Assembly (NCBI RefSeq): GCF_007748075.1
Contig: NZ_CP036280.1
Span: forward strand, 1,410,001 to 1,442,000
Direction: 5' to 3'
DNA: 32,000 nt
DNA from: Mucisphaera calidilacus
Lineage (GTDB): Bacteria; Planctomycetota; Phycisphaerae; Phycisphaerales; Phycisphaeraceae
In this document: positions 8,909 to 16,908 of the stretch, piece after piece
Layout: each line of letters begins with the position of its first letter
Numbering within the stretch: position 1 is the first letter of the stretch
Translations under genes and position numbers: made by a program
The notes under the pieces: generated by a model
Database searches by the model: none
Seen by the model: only the letters and a program-made list of their open reading frames with translations
What the model was told of the DNA's origin: nothing

Positions 8909-8914
8909 ATTGTA
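8909..8914 (-). promoter_or_regulatory. Candidate -10 box TACAAT upstream of phoD
   Basis: The minus strand reads gccagTTACAATccggagcacaccatcttcGGAGacgttacATG. This gives a -10-like hexamer about 30 nt upstream of the start, followed by an SD. Confidence 0.3.
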
Positions 8915-8930
8915 ACTGGCGACCGAGCAA

Positions 8931-9689
8931 TCAGCCCTTGGCAGCGGGTGCAGGCGGCGTATTGATCTGTGAGATGATGCCGATCACCGCGGGTACAGTG
9001 ACGAGCAGAGGGATGGTGATGTTGGACTCGACAAGCGAATTGGCGATCGTCTCACGCCAGGGCTCGAAGCTCATCACCAGGGCGAGGCCGCCGATCACAG
9101 CGAGCGTCGCGCCGGCGACGGCTGTGAACATCATGATCGACGTATCAAAGACGATGAACGCCAGCATGCCGCAGATGATCAGGCCCATCAGGGCGCCGAC
9201 CCAGTGCGCCTCGGGCAGTTGCATGCCATTGGCATCGTTGATGGCAAGCGTGAGCCCTGACCAGATATTAGCCCCGAGAAAGGCGCCGCAGAGACCGCCG
9301 AAGAGCGCGACCGCGTACTTCATCAGCGGAGCGGCGGTGACGGCCGCGATGAGGCCCAGGCAGCCGGCGACCGCGTAAGGAGCCTTGACAAAGGCACCAA
9401 CCCAGTAGCCAAAGAACATGCCCAGCAGCAACGCGATGCCGATGGTCATGACTTTGTAGAACTTGAAACCGTTGAGCAGGCACGTGACGCCCAGCACCAT
9501 GAACACGAGGGCCCAGACCACGGAGAGCGCCTGCAGGTTGTTGATGAGCTCCTCGGGACGGGCGAGCGCATCACCGCGTGAGAAGACGGCGATGGTGGTC
9601 TCGAAGAGGTTTTCGAGCGTGCTTGCACCAGCGGCCGGGTTGTCGGAAGAGGCCTGAGATTCAGCGGCTTGTGCGAGTAGCGCCAGCAT
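8931..9689 (-). CDS. Polytopic integral membrane protein (DUF4203/TMEM198-like?)
   Basis: At least 6 glycine-rich hydrophobic helices. Motif LGVTCLLNGFKFYK after the first helix. GGAG 8 nt upstream of the ATG. Confidence 0.7.
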   Translation of the reverse strand: MLALLAQAAESQASSDNPAAGASTLENLFETTIAVFSRGDALARPEELINNLQALSVVWALVFMVLGVTCLLNGFKFYKVMTIGIALLLGMFFGYWVGAFVKAPYAVAGCLGLIAAVTAAPLMKYAVALFGGLCGAFLGANIWSGLTLAINDANGMQLPEAHWVGALMGLIICGMLAFIVFDTSIMMFTAVAGATLAVIGGLALVMSFEPWRETIANSLVESNITIPLLVTVPAVIGIISQINTPPAPAAKG

Positions 9690-9742
9690 GATCGCGCTCC
9701 TGAAGACAGCAATTCAGACCGGCAAACACTACCGGCTTCGCA

Positions 9743-10678
9743 CTAGCTATCGGTCTTCCGGCGGAAGATTGTCCACTGAATCAGGATCCCCATGATCGTT
9801 ATCAGACCCATGATGAGAATGGCGGCGCGTGCTCCGGTGGGGAGCATCTCACCCGTCGCGGGGGCAACAGTGGCCAGGACATGGCTGCCCGGCAGATAAA
9901 TGAGGACCGAGCCGAGGAGCGCGGAATCGAACGCCGCGGCGGTCTTGGGAGCGAGCAGGCCCACGAGGAATCCGACCACGGCACCGATGAGCGAACCGAC
10001 AACCACGATGCCCCGGCTCGTGGGCGAGAGCTGCTGCCACCACGCCATGATGGCCTCTTCCTGGTCGGCGAGCGCTTCACGAAGAGCGGTAGCCGCCGCT
10101 CGAAGCGTGTCCGCGATGCCGAGAGACGCAGGCTCTTCCGTGGTGTCTTCGACAGCCACGGCATCGTCCTCGGGCTCGCTGGCCGTAGCCTGCTCGAAGG
10201 CATCATTGAGCCGGTCGATGATGTCCTGTGCTGCGGTGGTGATCTGCTCTGCCGTAAGCGCCTCAGCCGCATCGCCCGGGGTGGTCTGGAGCTGTTCGAC
10301 CACTTCGGTATCGGTTTCGAGTTCGGGGGGCGGAGCACCCTGCCACGCGAGCCCGGCGGCGGGAACAGCGGCGGCAAGTATGACGGCCCCGGCACAGGCG
10401 ACGAAGGCCCGGAACAGGAAGCCGGCGAAGAGCGCACCGACCAGCGCCCCGACAAGCGAGGCGGCGATCATCAGCATCGGGCTCAGGGCAAGGAACTGGC
10501 CCGCGGCCGCAGCCAACGTGGAACCGAGTGCCAGCCCCAGCAGGACACAGCTGGCGCGGGCGAGCTTGCTGCCGGCAAAAAGAAGGATGATGCCGACGAT
10601 GACGAGTCCGCCGGTCAGGTAGAGACTGATGGCCGTGTCGGACAGGGCCCCGAGGGTTTCTGCTGTCTGCTGGTCCAC
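9743..10678 (-). CDS. Integral membrane protein with a central acidic soluble region (DUF4203-like N-terminal half?)
   Basis: GTG start with AGGAGG 6 nt upstream. TM helices lie at both ends and flank a D/E/A/T-rich segment of about 100 aa. Motif VGIILLFAGSKLAR parallels the neighbouring membrane protein. Confidence 0.7.
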   Translation of the reverse strand: MDQQTAETLGALSDTAISLYLTGGLVIVGIILLFAGSKLARASCVLLGLALGSTLAAAAGQFLALSPMLMIAASLVGALVGALFAGFLFRAFVACAGAVILAAAVPAAGLAWQGAPPPELETDTEVVEQLQTTPGDAAEALTAEQITTAAQDIIDRLNDAFEQATASEPEDDAVAVEDTTEEPASLGIADTLRAAATALREALADQEEAIMAWWQQLSPTSRGIVVVGSLIGAVVGFLVGLLAPKTAAAFDSALLGSVLIYLPGSHVLATVAPATGEMLPTGARAAILIMGLITIMGILIQWTIFRRKTDS

Positions 10679-10760
10679 CGGTACCTCCTGCGGCTGCTGC
10701 TATCGGGCTTCCACGCCGCCGCCTTCATGCTATCGATCTGCGCGGGGCTGTGGCGTGACT

Positions 10761-10766
10761 TACAAT
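10761..10766 (+). promoter_or_regulatory. Candidate -10 box TACAAT located 6 nt upstream of the pheA ATG (leaderless arrangement)
   Basis: Sequence gacTTACAATccgattATG. No SD motif between the box and the start. Confidence 0.4.
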
Positions 10767-10772
10767 CCGATT

Positions 10773-11891
10773 ATGACGGATTCACTAGATGCACAGAATG
10801 ACAGTCGCGCGTTGGAAGAGGGTCTTGCGCCACTACGCGAGCAAATTGACGGGCTGGACCGGGAACTGGTCGAGCTGCTCAATCGGCGAGCCGAGGTGGT
10901 CGTCGAGGTGGGCAAGCTCAAACGCGACAAGGGGGGGGCGATTTACGCGCCGGATCGCGAGCAGCGCGTGCTGGAGCGTGTGCGTGCTCTGAACGAGGGG
11001 CGACTGCTGCCGGATACCTGCATCGAGGCGATCTGGCGCGAGATGATGTCGGGCAGCTTCGCACTGGAGCGGCCGCTGCGGATCGGCTACCTCGGGCCAC
11101 CCGGGACGTTCAGCCACCTCGCGGCTCGCCGCAAGTTCGGAGCCTCCGTGGAATACGACAACCTCGCGGACATCCCCCTGATCTTCGAGGCGGTGGACCG
11201 AGGCGACATCGATTACGGGCTGGTGCCGATCGAGAACTCAACAGAGGGATTCGTCACGCCCTCGCTCGACGGCCTGATGAACACCCGGTCGCGGGTGTGC
11301 GCGGAGGTCTTGCTGCCCATCCACAACAATCTGCTCGCGAACTGTGATGCGCCAGACATCAAGGTCATCTACTCGCACCCCCAGCCCCTGGCGCAGTGTC
11401 GACGCTGGCTCAGTGCGCAGTTCCCGCAGGTGCCGCGTGTCGCCACAACGTCAACGAGCAAGGCGGCGGAGCAGGCGGCCGAGGAGCCGGGAGCTGCGGC
11501 GATCGGCACAACGCTGGCGGCCCAGATCTATGGCCTGGCGATCCAGTTTGAGAACATCGAAGACTCGGGCGAGAACACGACACGCTTCTACGTCATGGCT
11601 CGGCAGGAGACAGGGCCGACCGGCGACGACAAGACCGCCATCTACTTCACTACCAAGCACCGCTCGGGTGCGCTGGCGGACGTGCTCGACGTCTTCCGCG
11701 ACGAGGGGATCAACCTGACGCACATCGACAAGCGACCCAGCCAGCGGAAGAACTGGGACTACGTCTTTTTTGTCGACCTGCTCGGGCATATCAGCGATCC
11801 GCACGTCTCCAAGGCATTGTCCGAGGCTGCGGAGCACTGTTTGGAGCTTCGGGTACTCGGCTCGTTCCCGCGAGCGACGCAGCCCCTGTAG
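10773..11891 (+). CDS. pheA: Bifunctional chorismate mutase / prephenate dehydratase (P-protein)
   Basis: CM type 2 helix (LREQIDGLDRELVELLNRRAEVVVEVGKLK). PDT domain (RIGYLGPPGTFSH...TRFYVM). ACT domain (SGALADVLDVFRDEGINLTHIDKRPS). ATG 10773 chosen over the 10629 extension, which encodes Cys/Ser-rich junk and overlaps the divergent gene. Confidence 0.9.
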   Translation: MTDSLDAQNDSRALEEGLAPLREQIDGLDRELVELLNRRAEVVVEVGKLKRDKGGAIYAPDREQRVLERVRALNEGRLLPDTCIEAIWREMMSGSFALERPLRIGYLGPPGTFSHLAARRKFGASVEYDNLADIPLIFEAVDRGDIDYGLVPIENSTEGFVTPSLDGLMNTRSRVCAEVLLPIHNNLLANCDAPDIKVIYSHPQPLAQCRRWLSAQFPQVPRVATTSTSKAAEQAAEEPGAAAIGTTLAAQIYGLAIQFENIEDSGENTTRFYVMARQETGPTGDDKTAIYFTTKHRSGALADVLDVFRDEGINLTHIDKRPSQRKNWDYVFFVDLLGHISDPHVSKALSEAAEHCLELRVLGSFPRATQPL

Positions 11892-11901
11892 ACTGCTGAC
11901 G

Positions 11902-13101
11902 ATGAGGCTCGCCCTGGTCACCGAGACGTACCCGCCCGAGGTCAACGGCGTCGCGATGACCCTTCAGCAACTCGCTGAGGGGATGGTCAGCCGTGGCCAC
12001 GAGGTGGAGGTGATCCGCCCGCGTCAGGGGCGCGACGACGTGAGTCGTGTTGAGGGCGGGATCGAGCACGTCACGGTGCGCGGTATCCCGTTGCCCCGCT
12101 ACAACGGCCTGAGGATGGGGCTGCCCTCGGCGGGCGTGATGATCCGCCGCTGGCGGGTCAACCCGCCGACCGTGGCGCACGTGGCTACAGAAGGGCTGCT
12201 GGGTTTTTCGGCCTTGTGGGCTACTCATCGGGTGAACCTGCCGGTAACCTCGGCCTTCCACACCAACTTCCACGAGTACTTCGATCACTACGGCCTGAGC
12301 GTGTTCCGCAGGGCATCGGTGTGGTACCTGAAGAAGTTCCACAACGCGTGCTGCTCGACCATGGTGCCGTCGGTGCCTCTTCGCGATCAGCTGGCGTCGT
12401 ACGGCTTCGAGCGCCTGTCGCTCCTGGGCCGAGGCGTTGATACGGATCTCTTTCACCCGGACCGCCGATCGAACGCGTTACGGTCGTCGTGGGGAGCCGG
12501 GCCCGATGATCTGGTAATGGTCTACGTCGGCCGGGTCGCCGAGGAGAAAAACCTGCCGCTCGTCATCGAGGCCTATGACCGGGTGCGCAGCGAGGTCGGG
12601 GATTGCAAGCTCGTGGTGGTCGGCGACGGCCCGCTGCTCGATTCGCTCAGGTCGGACCACCCCGAGGTGGTCTTTGCCGGAACGCAACGCGGCGATGATC
12701 TGGGAGCGCACTACGCCTCCGGTGACGTCTTTGTCTTCGGGAGCACAACCGAGACCTACGGCAACGTGATCCCCGAGGCGATGGCGAGCGGTCTTGCCGT
12801 TGTCTCGTTTGATTACGCGGCGGGGCAGGCTCTGATCCGTGAAGGCGAGAACGGCCGACTGGCGGCCTTTGATGACCGCGACGACTTCATCCGAGTCCTC
12901 GTTGAACTGTGCGGCGATCGCGACGCGGTAGCGCGGTGTCGTGGCGCGGCGAGGGAGACGACACTGGCGCTGTCCTGGGCCAACGTCCACGAGCGGTTTG
13001 AAGAACTGCTCATGGAAGCGAGTGAGATGTCGTGGGACAGCGGAACAATCACACGCAAGCCGACGGACAGCCGGGTTTGCGGCCGCCCGTCGGATTCTTA
13101 A
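11902..13101 (+). CDS. Glycosyltransferase family 4 (GT-B, GT1 Pfam clan)
   Basis: MRLALVTETYPPEVNGVAMT N-terminus. C-terminal E-x7-E-like region TETYGNVIPEAMASGLAVVSF. Starts 10 nt after the pheA stop. Confidence 0.88.
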   Translation: MRLALVTETYPPEVNGVAMTLQQLAEGMVSRGHEVEVIRPRQGRDDVSRVEGGIEHVTVRGIPLPRYNGLRMGLPSAGVMIRRWRVNPPTVAHVATEGLLGFSALWATHRVNLPVTSAFHTNFHEYFDHYGLSVFRRASVWYLKKFHNACCSTMVPSVPLRDQLASYGFERLSLLGRGVDTDLFHPDRRSNALRSSWGAGPDDLVMVYVGRVAEEKNLPLVIEAYDRVRSEVGDCKLVVVGDGPLLDSLRSDHPEVVFAGTQRGDDLGAHYASGDVFVFGSTTETYGNVIPEAMASGLAVVSFDYAAGQALIREGENGRLAAFDDRDDFIRVLVELCGDRDAVARCRGAARETTLALSWANVHERFEELLMEASEMSWDSGTITRKPTDSRVCGRPSDS

Positions 13102-13117
13102 GCGTGTGCTCGGGGGT

Positions 13118-13783
13118 TCATCGCTCACGTGGCAGCAGCAGCGCTGCGGCGAGCATCAGACACGTGCTGGCCAGAGGCTCGGGGATCGAGATCGAGTCGA
13201 CGACGATCTGATCAATCACCGTTCCCTGCGGGACATCGACAATGATCTGTTCCCAGTCCGGGTTCGGCCACATGGTGATGTCCTGGTAGAACCGGTTGGG
13301 GTCGACGACAACGGGTGGATCGGACGGGAAGAAGCCGTGGCTCGTGGAATCGAGTGTTGATCCGCCGTGATAGGGGTCGTAACTGATGCCCTCGGCTCCA
13401 CGGACATCCGGGGCGGGGCCGATATGGGTGATCTGCACCCGGATGAGTTTGAGCGGGAGCGTATCAACCCAGTTGATGGTGTTGATCCCGAAAGACCCGG
13501 GACGCCCGGGGTTGGCGATACCGCCGTCACCATCGGCATCAACATGCACCCAGCCGTCGCCGTCATAGTCAATGTGCGTGGCGAATCGGTCGTAGAGGAA
13601 CTCGTTGTCAATGGGGCCGCCGTTGCTCTCCTTGTCGGGTGCCGAGATGTCATTGGGGTTCCCGAAATCCCATTCGGCGTGGTAGGACAGAGGCTGGCCG
13701 ACATAAGGCGGCGGAGCAAAGTTGTCCGCGAGTGCGGGCGCTGCAATCAGCGCAGCAAACAACGCTACGAGGTGCTTGAACAT
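13118..13783 (-). CDS. Secreted PEP-CTERM sorting-domain protein (unknown function)
   Basis: Signal peptide MFKHLVALFAALIAAPALA. D/G-rich segment DYDGDGWVHVDADGDGG. C-terminal IPEPLASTCLMLAAALLLPRER. AAGGAGAG SD about 5 nt upstream of ATG 13783. Confidence 0.8.
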   Translation of the reverse strand: MFKHLVALFAALIAAPALADNFAPPPYVGQPLSYHAEWDFGNPNDISAPDKESNGGPIDNEFLYDRFATHIDYDGDGWVHVDADGDGGIANPGRPGSFGINTINWVDTLPLKLIRVQITHIGPAPDVRGAEGISYDPYHGGSTLDSTSHGFFPSDPPVVVDPNRFYQDITMWPNPDWEQIIVDVPQGTVIDQIVVDSISIPEPLASTCLMLAAALLLPRER

Positions 13784-13884
13784 CGTGCTCTCCTTTCTCT
13801 GCATGGCTGAACGACTTACAAGAACAAAATCGCAGGCTTGCCTGTCTACGGCATCAGAACTATTGAGTTGCTGACACGACTACT

Positions 13885-13912
13885 ATCCTATCGCAGTGCG
13901 AAGCAGATACAA
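13885..13912 (-). promoter_or_regulatory. Candidate promoter (TTGTAT-16 nt-TAGGAT) for the 13783 PEP-CTERM gene, implying a 5'UTR of about 95 nt
   Basis: Lies in the AT-rich intergenic region 13784-13966. The hexamers read on the minus strand. Confidence 0.25.
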
Positions 13913-13966
13913 GATCAAAATGACTCTATATATTGATATCGGAGGTCGCTTCTGAAATATCGCGGC

Positions 13967-14974
13967 CTATTCATCAGACGGAAAAACAGTGAGCCAATCC
14001 TCTTTCATATTGATGACCGTCCAGCCGTTGATTCTGGCCTCATCGAGACCTTGATCGAGTCTGCCGATGTGTGAGTCGCGATCGTAAACCCATTCGCGTT
14101 CGCCGTCGGTGTGATGCAGATAGAGACACAGCGTTCGCGTGGGACCCGCGTGGGTGTACTGGAGCATCTGGAGGTCGCCATCAGAATTGCCCGATGCGAG
14201 GATGGGGCGCTTACCGATCTGCTGGTGAATACCGACGGGCTTGCCCGCCTTGTCGTCGATGAAGTCGATCTCGAGATGCCGAAATAGAGTGGGCTTGCCA
14301 TCCTTTACCTCGAAGGTGATCTTCATACGGCTGCCGATGACCTGCTGAGGCGGGATGCCATACACCGCCTCGGTCCAGGGACGCATGAAGTCAACACCGC
14401 CGCCCGAGACGATCCAGGTCGAAAAGCCATGAGCTCGGAGATAATCCAGCAACTCGAGCTGAGGCTGGTAGACCATCCGCGTGTAAGGCGCTCCGGTCGT
14501 GGGGTGACGTGCGGTCTCGAGCCAGGCCTCGACGGCGTCACGGAATTCATCGGTGGTCAAGTTGCCATGAGAGGCCGCGACGATCTGGAGGATGGCTTCT
14601 TCGCCTCCTGCTAGTGCTGTCGGCAGATCGTCTCTGAGGATGGAGGCAAACGGCTCGGTGCTCCGCCACTCCGGGTGCTCGGGAGCAATTTCCTTGATTC
14701 GGTCGATGGCGAAAATGAGCTGGAAGTAGAGAGGTTGTTCGGACCAGAGGTTGCCGTCGTTGTCGAACACGGCGATGCGGTCGGCGGCGGGAACGTAGTC
14801 CGGGCTGGACGTATTGGTGACCGCTTCGACGAAGTCGATGATCGCGTCGCGGGTCGGCCCGTCCGTCCAGGAAGGCAGAGCCTCTGAACCCGAGCGGGAT
14901 GTCTGAGCCTGGCAGGCGCAGAGGGCGAGCGTGGTGATGAGCAGGAAGAGTGAGACGAGTCGCCGTGTGTCCAT
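13967..14974 (-). CDS. Secreted HAD-superfamily (IB-like) phosphatase lipoprotein
   Basis: Lipobox LALCAC. HAD motif I FDNDGNLW. Motif IV GNSDGDLQML. ATG 14974 (MDTRRLVSLF...) has a GAAGGGAA upstream. Confidence 0.8.
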   Translation of the reverse strand: MDTRRLVSLFLLITTLALCACQAQTSRSGSEALPSWTDGPTRDAIIDFVEAVTNTSSPDYVPAADRIAVFDNDGNLWSEQPLYFQLIFAIDRIKEIAPEHPEWRSTEPFASILRDDLPTALAGGEEAILQIVAASHGNLTTDEFRDAVEAWLETARHPTTGAPYTRMVYQPQLELLDYLRAHGFSTWIVSGGGVDFMRPWTEAVYGIPPQQVIGSRMKITFEVKDGKPTLFRHLEIDFIDDKAGKPVGIHQQIGKRPILASGNSDGDLQMLQYTHAGPTRTLCLYLHHTDGEREWVYDRDSHIGRLDQGLDEARINGWTVINMKEDWLTVFPSDE

Positions 14975-15010
14975 ATCGTGTTCCCTTCTGGTGTTCAGCA
15001 AGTCACTGTA

Positions 15011-16009
15011 TCAGTCGAGCGCACGCGTGGTCTGCGCCGCATGGAGTGCGTGATGCTGCCCCAGCGAGTCGCGGAGAATGAGTCCCTCGGTAAGGTCCAG
15101 ATCGACGACCTCGCCGGTTATGTTCCTGCTGTCGGTGCGCAGCGTGATGGTCTTGCCAAGGTCGGCGGCGAGATTGCGCCAGCGTACGGCGAGCTCCTGT
15201 TTTGAGCAGAGGGCGAGCACAACGAGTCGGTCGAGAATGAGATGAGCGAGGTGAAGCCGGTCGATGCGGATCCCCGCATCGGCCAAGGCGACAGGGCGAC
15301 GAAGTGTTTGATCGGCACGCGACGCTGGTGATATCTCGGGGTGGGCATGCACGTTGACCCCCATACCGGCGATCGCCCAAGGCCGGTTGAGCTTGTCGGT
15401 CGTTCGTTCGACGAGCACGCCGGCTAACTTGCGTTGATCGATCAGGACATCGTTGGGCCAGGCGATCGCCACGCGGCCCCTGACAGGCAGCACACGAACG
15501 ACCTCGGCGATCGCCAGACAGGCACGCGTGGGCATCGCCTCGACCGGGTCGTTGTCGGGAAGCGGCCAGGCCACGGACATGAGCAGAGCCTCGCCGGGTT
15601 CCGAGACCCACGAGCGCCCCGGGCGGCCTCGACCCGCGTCCTGAGCATCAGCGAGAGCAACCGCGTGACGCGCCGTATCGGCGGGCGTGGCGTGGATCAG
15701 TCGGCGAAGGGCGTCTTGGGTACTGGCCGTCCGACGGTAGATCTCGATGTGGGGCCCGGGGGTAGGCCAGTCCGCCTCGGTGAGCATGTCGCCGAGGTAA
15801 TCCGACCAGCCGGCGAGCCCGGTGACAGCGAGGCTGATGCGGTCGGGCCCGCGTTGATCGATGATGCAGCCCGCAGCTCGCAGGCTGTCGAGTGAAGCGA
15901 GCAGCTGTGCGGGGGTCAGACTTGTAGCGGAACGGAGCTCGTCGAGTGACCACGATGTGTTGGGCCGCAGAAGTTCCCGGAGCAGACGGGTGGTGTGACG
16001 TACAGTCAT
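15011..16009 (-). CDS. birA: Biotin--[acetyl-CoA-carboxylase] ligase with N-terminal HTH (BirA)
   Basis: GRGRPGRSWVSEPGEALLMSV and WPNDVLIDQRKLAGVLVE motifs. N-terminal winged-helix-like segment. The ATG overlaps the nadC stop (ATGA at 16006-16009). Confidence 0.88.
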   Translation of the reverse strand: MTVRHTTRLLRELLRPNTSWSLDELRSATSLTPAQLLASLDSLRAAGCIIDQRGPDRISLAVTGLAGWSDYLGDMLTEADWPTPGPHIEIYRRTASTQDALRRLIHATPADTARHAVALADAQDAGRGRPGRSWVSEPGEALLMSVAWPLPDNDPVEAMPTRACLAIAEVVRVLPVRGRVAIAWPNDVLIDQRKLAGVLVERTTDKLNRPWAIAGMGVNVHAHPEISPASRADQTLRRPVALADAGIRIDRLHLAHLILDRLVVLALCSKQELAVRWRNLAADLGKTITLRTDSRNITGEVVDLDLTEGLILRDSLGQHHALHAAQTTRALD

Positions 16010-16908
16010 CCCCGACTCCGATCGACACCAAGATCAAGGGCCCGGACGGTATGGGTCAGCGCGCCGACAGAGATGCGGTCGACGCCCGTCTCTGCGACCG
16101 AGCGGAGGGTCTGTTCGGTGATGCCGCCTGAGGCCTCAAGCCGGACATCGGGTGCGAGCCGGTCACGCAGCGCCACGGCCTCGCGGAGCGTATCCGGAGC
16201 CATGTTGTCGAGGAGCACAATGTCGGGCCGAGCTTCGAGGACAGGCGGGAGCTGCGCCAGGCGGTCGATCTCGATCTCGAAGAACATCAGGTCGGGAAAA
16301 GCCGATCGCGCGGTGTCGATCCAGCCACGCAGGAGGCGCGTCAACCGGTCGTCGGGCACGTCGGCGATGTGGTTGTCCTTGATGAGGACAGCGTCGTAAA
16401 GACCCCTGCGGTGTGAGGTCCCTCCGCCGCAGACAACGGCGTATTTATCGAGTCCACGCCAGCCGGGAATGGTCTTGCGGGTGTCGCAGAGCCTTGCGTT
16501 GGTCTCTTCGATCAGACCGCAGAGACGTGCCGTCTCCGTGGCGATACCCGAGAGGTGGCTGAGGAGGTTGAGCAGCGGTCGTTCAACCGCGAGGAGTGTT
16601 CGGAGGTTGCCGGAGAGTGTGAGGACCGGGTCCCCAGCTCTGACGGTCGACGCGTCTTGGGCGTGGCGGGTCTGTTGCAGGTCGGCATCGAAGACATGAA
16701 GCAGCGTGTCGAGTGTGGCCAGGCCCGCGAGGGTCCCGGGCTCCCTGGCGACCACAGCAACGGTGGCCTCGGCGTCGGCGGGGATCACGAGTTCGGAGGT
16801 GATGTCGTGCTGGCGTTGACGCGGGCCGAGGTCCTCCTCGCGTGCGAGGGTGAGCAGGGTACGCAGGTGCTCGTCGGGGATGAACGGGTTGAGGTCGGGC
16901 GGGGTCAC
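16006..16908 (-). CDS. nadC: Nicotinate-nucleotide diphosphorylase (carboxylating), quinolinate phosphoribosyltransferase
   Basis: LAVERPLLNLLSHLSGIATET, DTRKTIPGWRGLDKYAVVCGGGTSHRRGLYDAVLIKDNHI, LLDNM, EASGGIT. The GTG start overlaps the upstream stop (GTGA at 16905-16908). Confidence 0.92.
   Translation of the reverse strand: MTPPDLNPFIPDEHLRTLLTLAREEDLGPRQRQHDITSELVIPADAEATVAVVAREPGTLAGLATLDTLLHVFDADLQQTRHAQDASTVRAGDPVLTLSGNLRTLLAVERPLLNLLSHLSGIATETARLCGLIEETNARLCDTRKTIPGWRGLDKYAVVCGGGTSHRRGLYDAVLIKDNHIADVPDDRLTRLLRGWIDTARSAFPDLMFFEIEIDRLAQLPPVLEARPDIVLLDNMAPDTLREAVALRDRLAPDVRLEASGGITEQTLRSVAETGVDRISVGALTHTVRALDLGVDRSRG

Noticed and set aside
8906-10769. Identical 10-mer TTACAATCCG at two putative promoters (8906-8915 minus; 10760-10769 plus)
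   Set aside because: A single shared 10-mer in 2 x 32 kb is expected by chance many times over, so only the TACAAT part is used as evidence. It would become interesting only if it recurs genome-wide.
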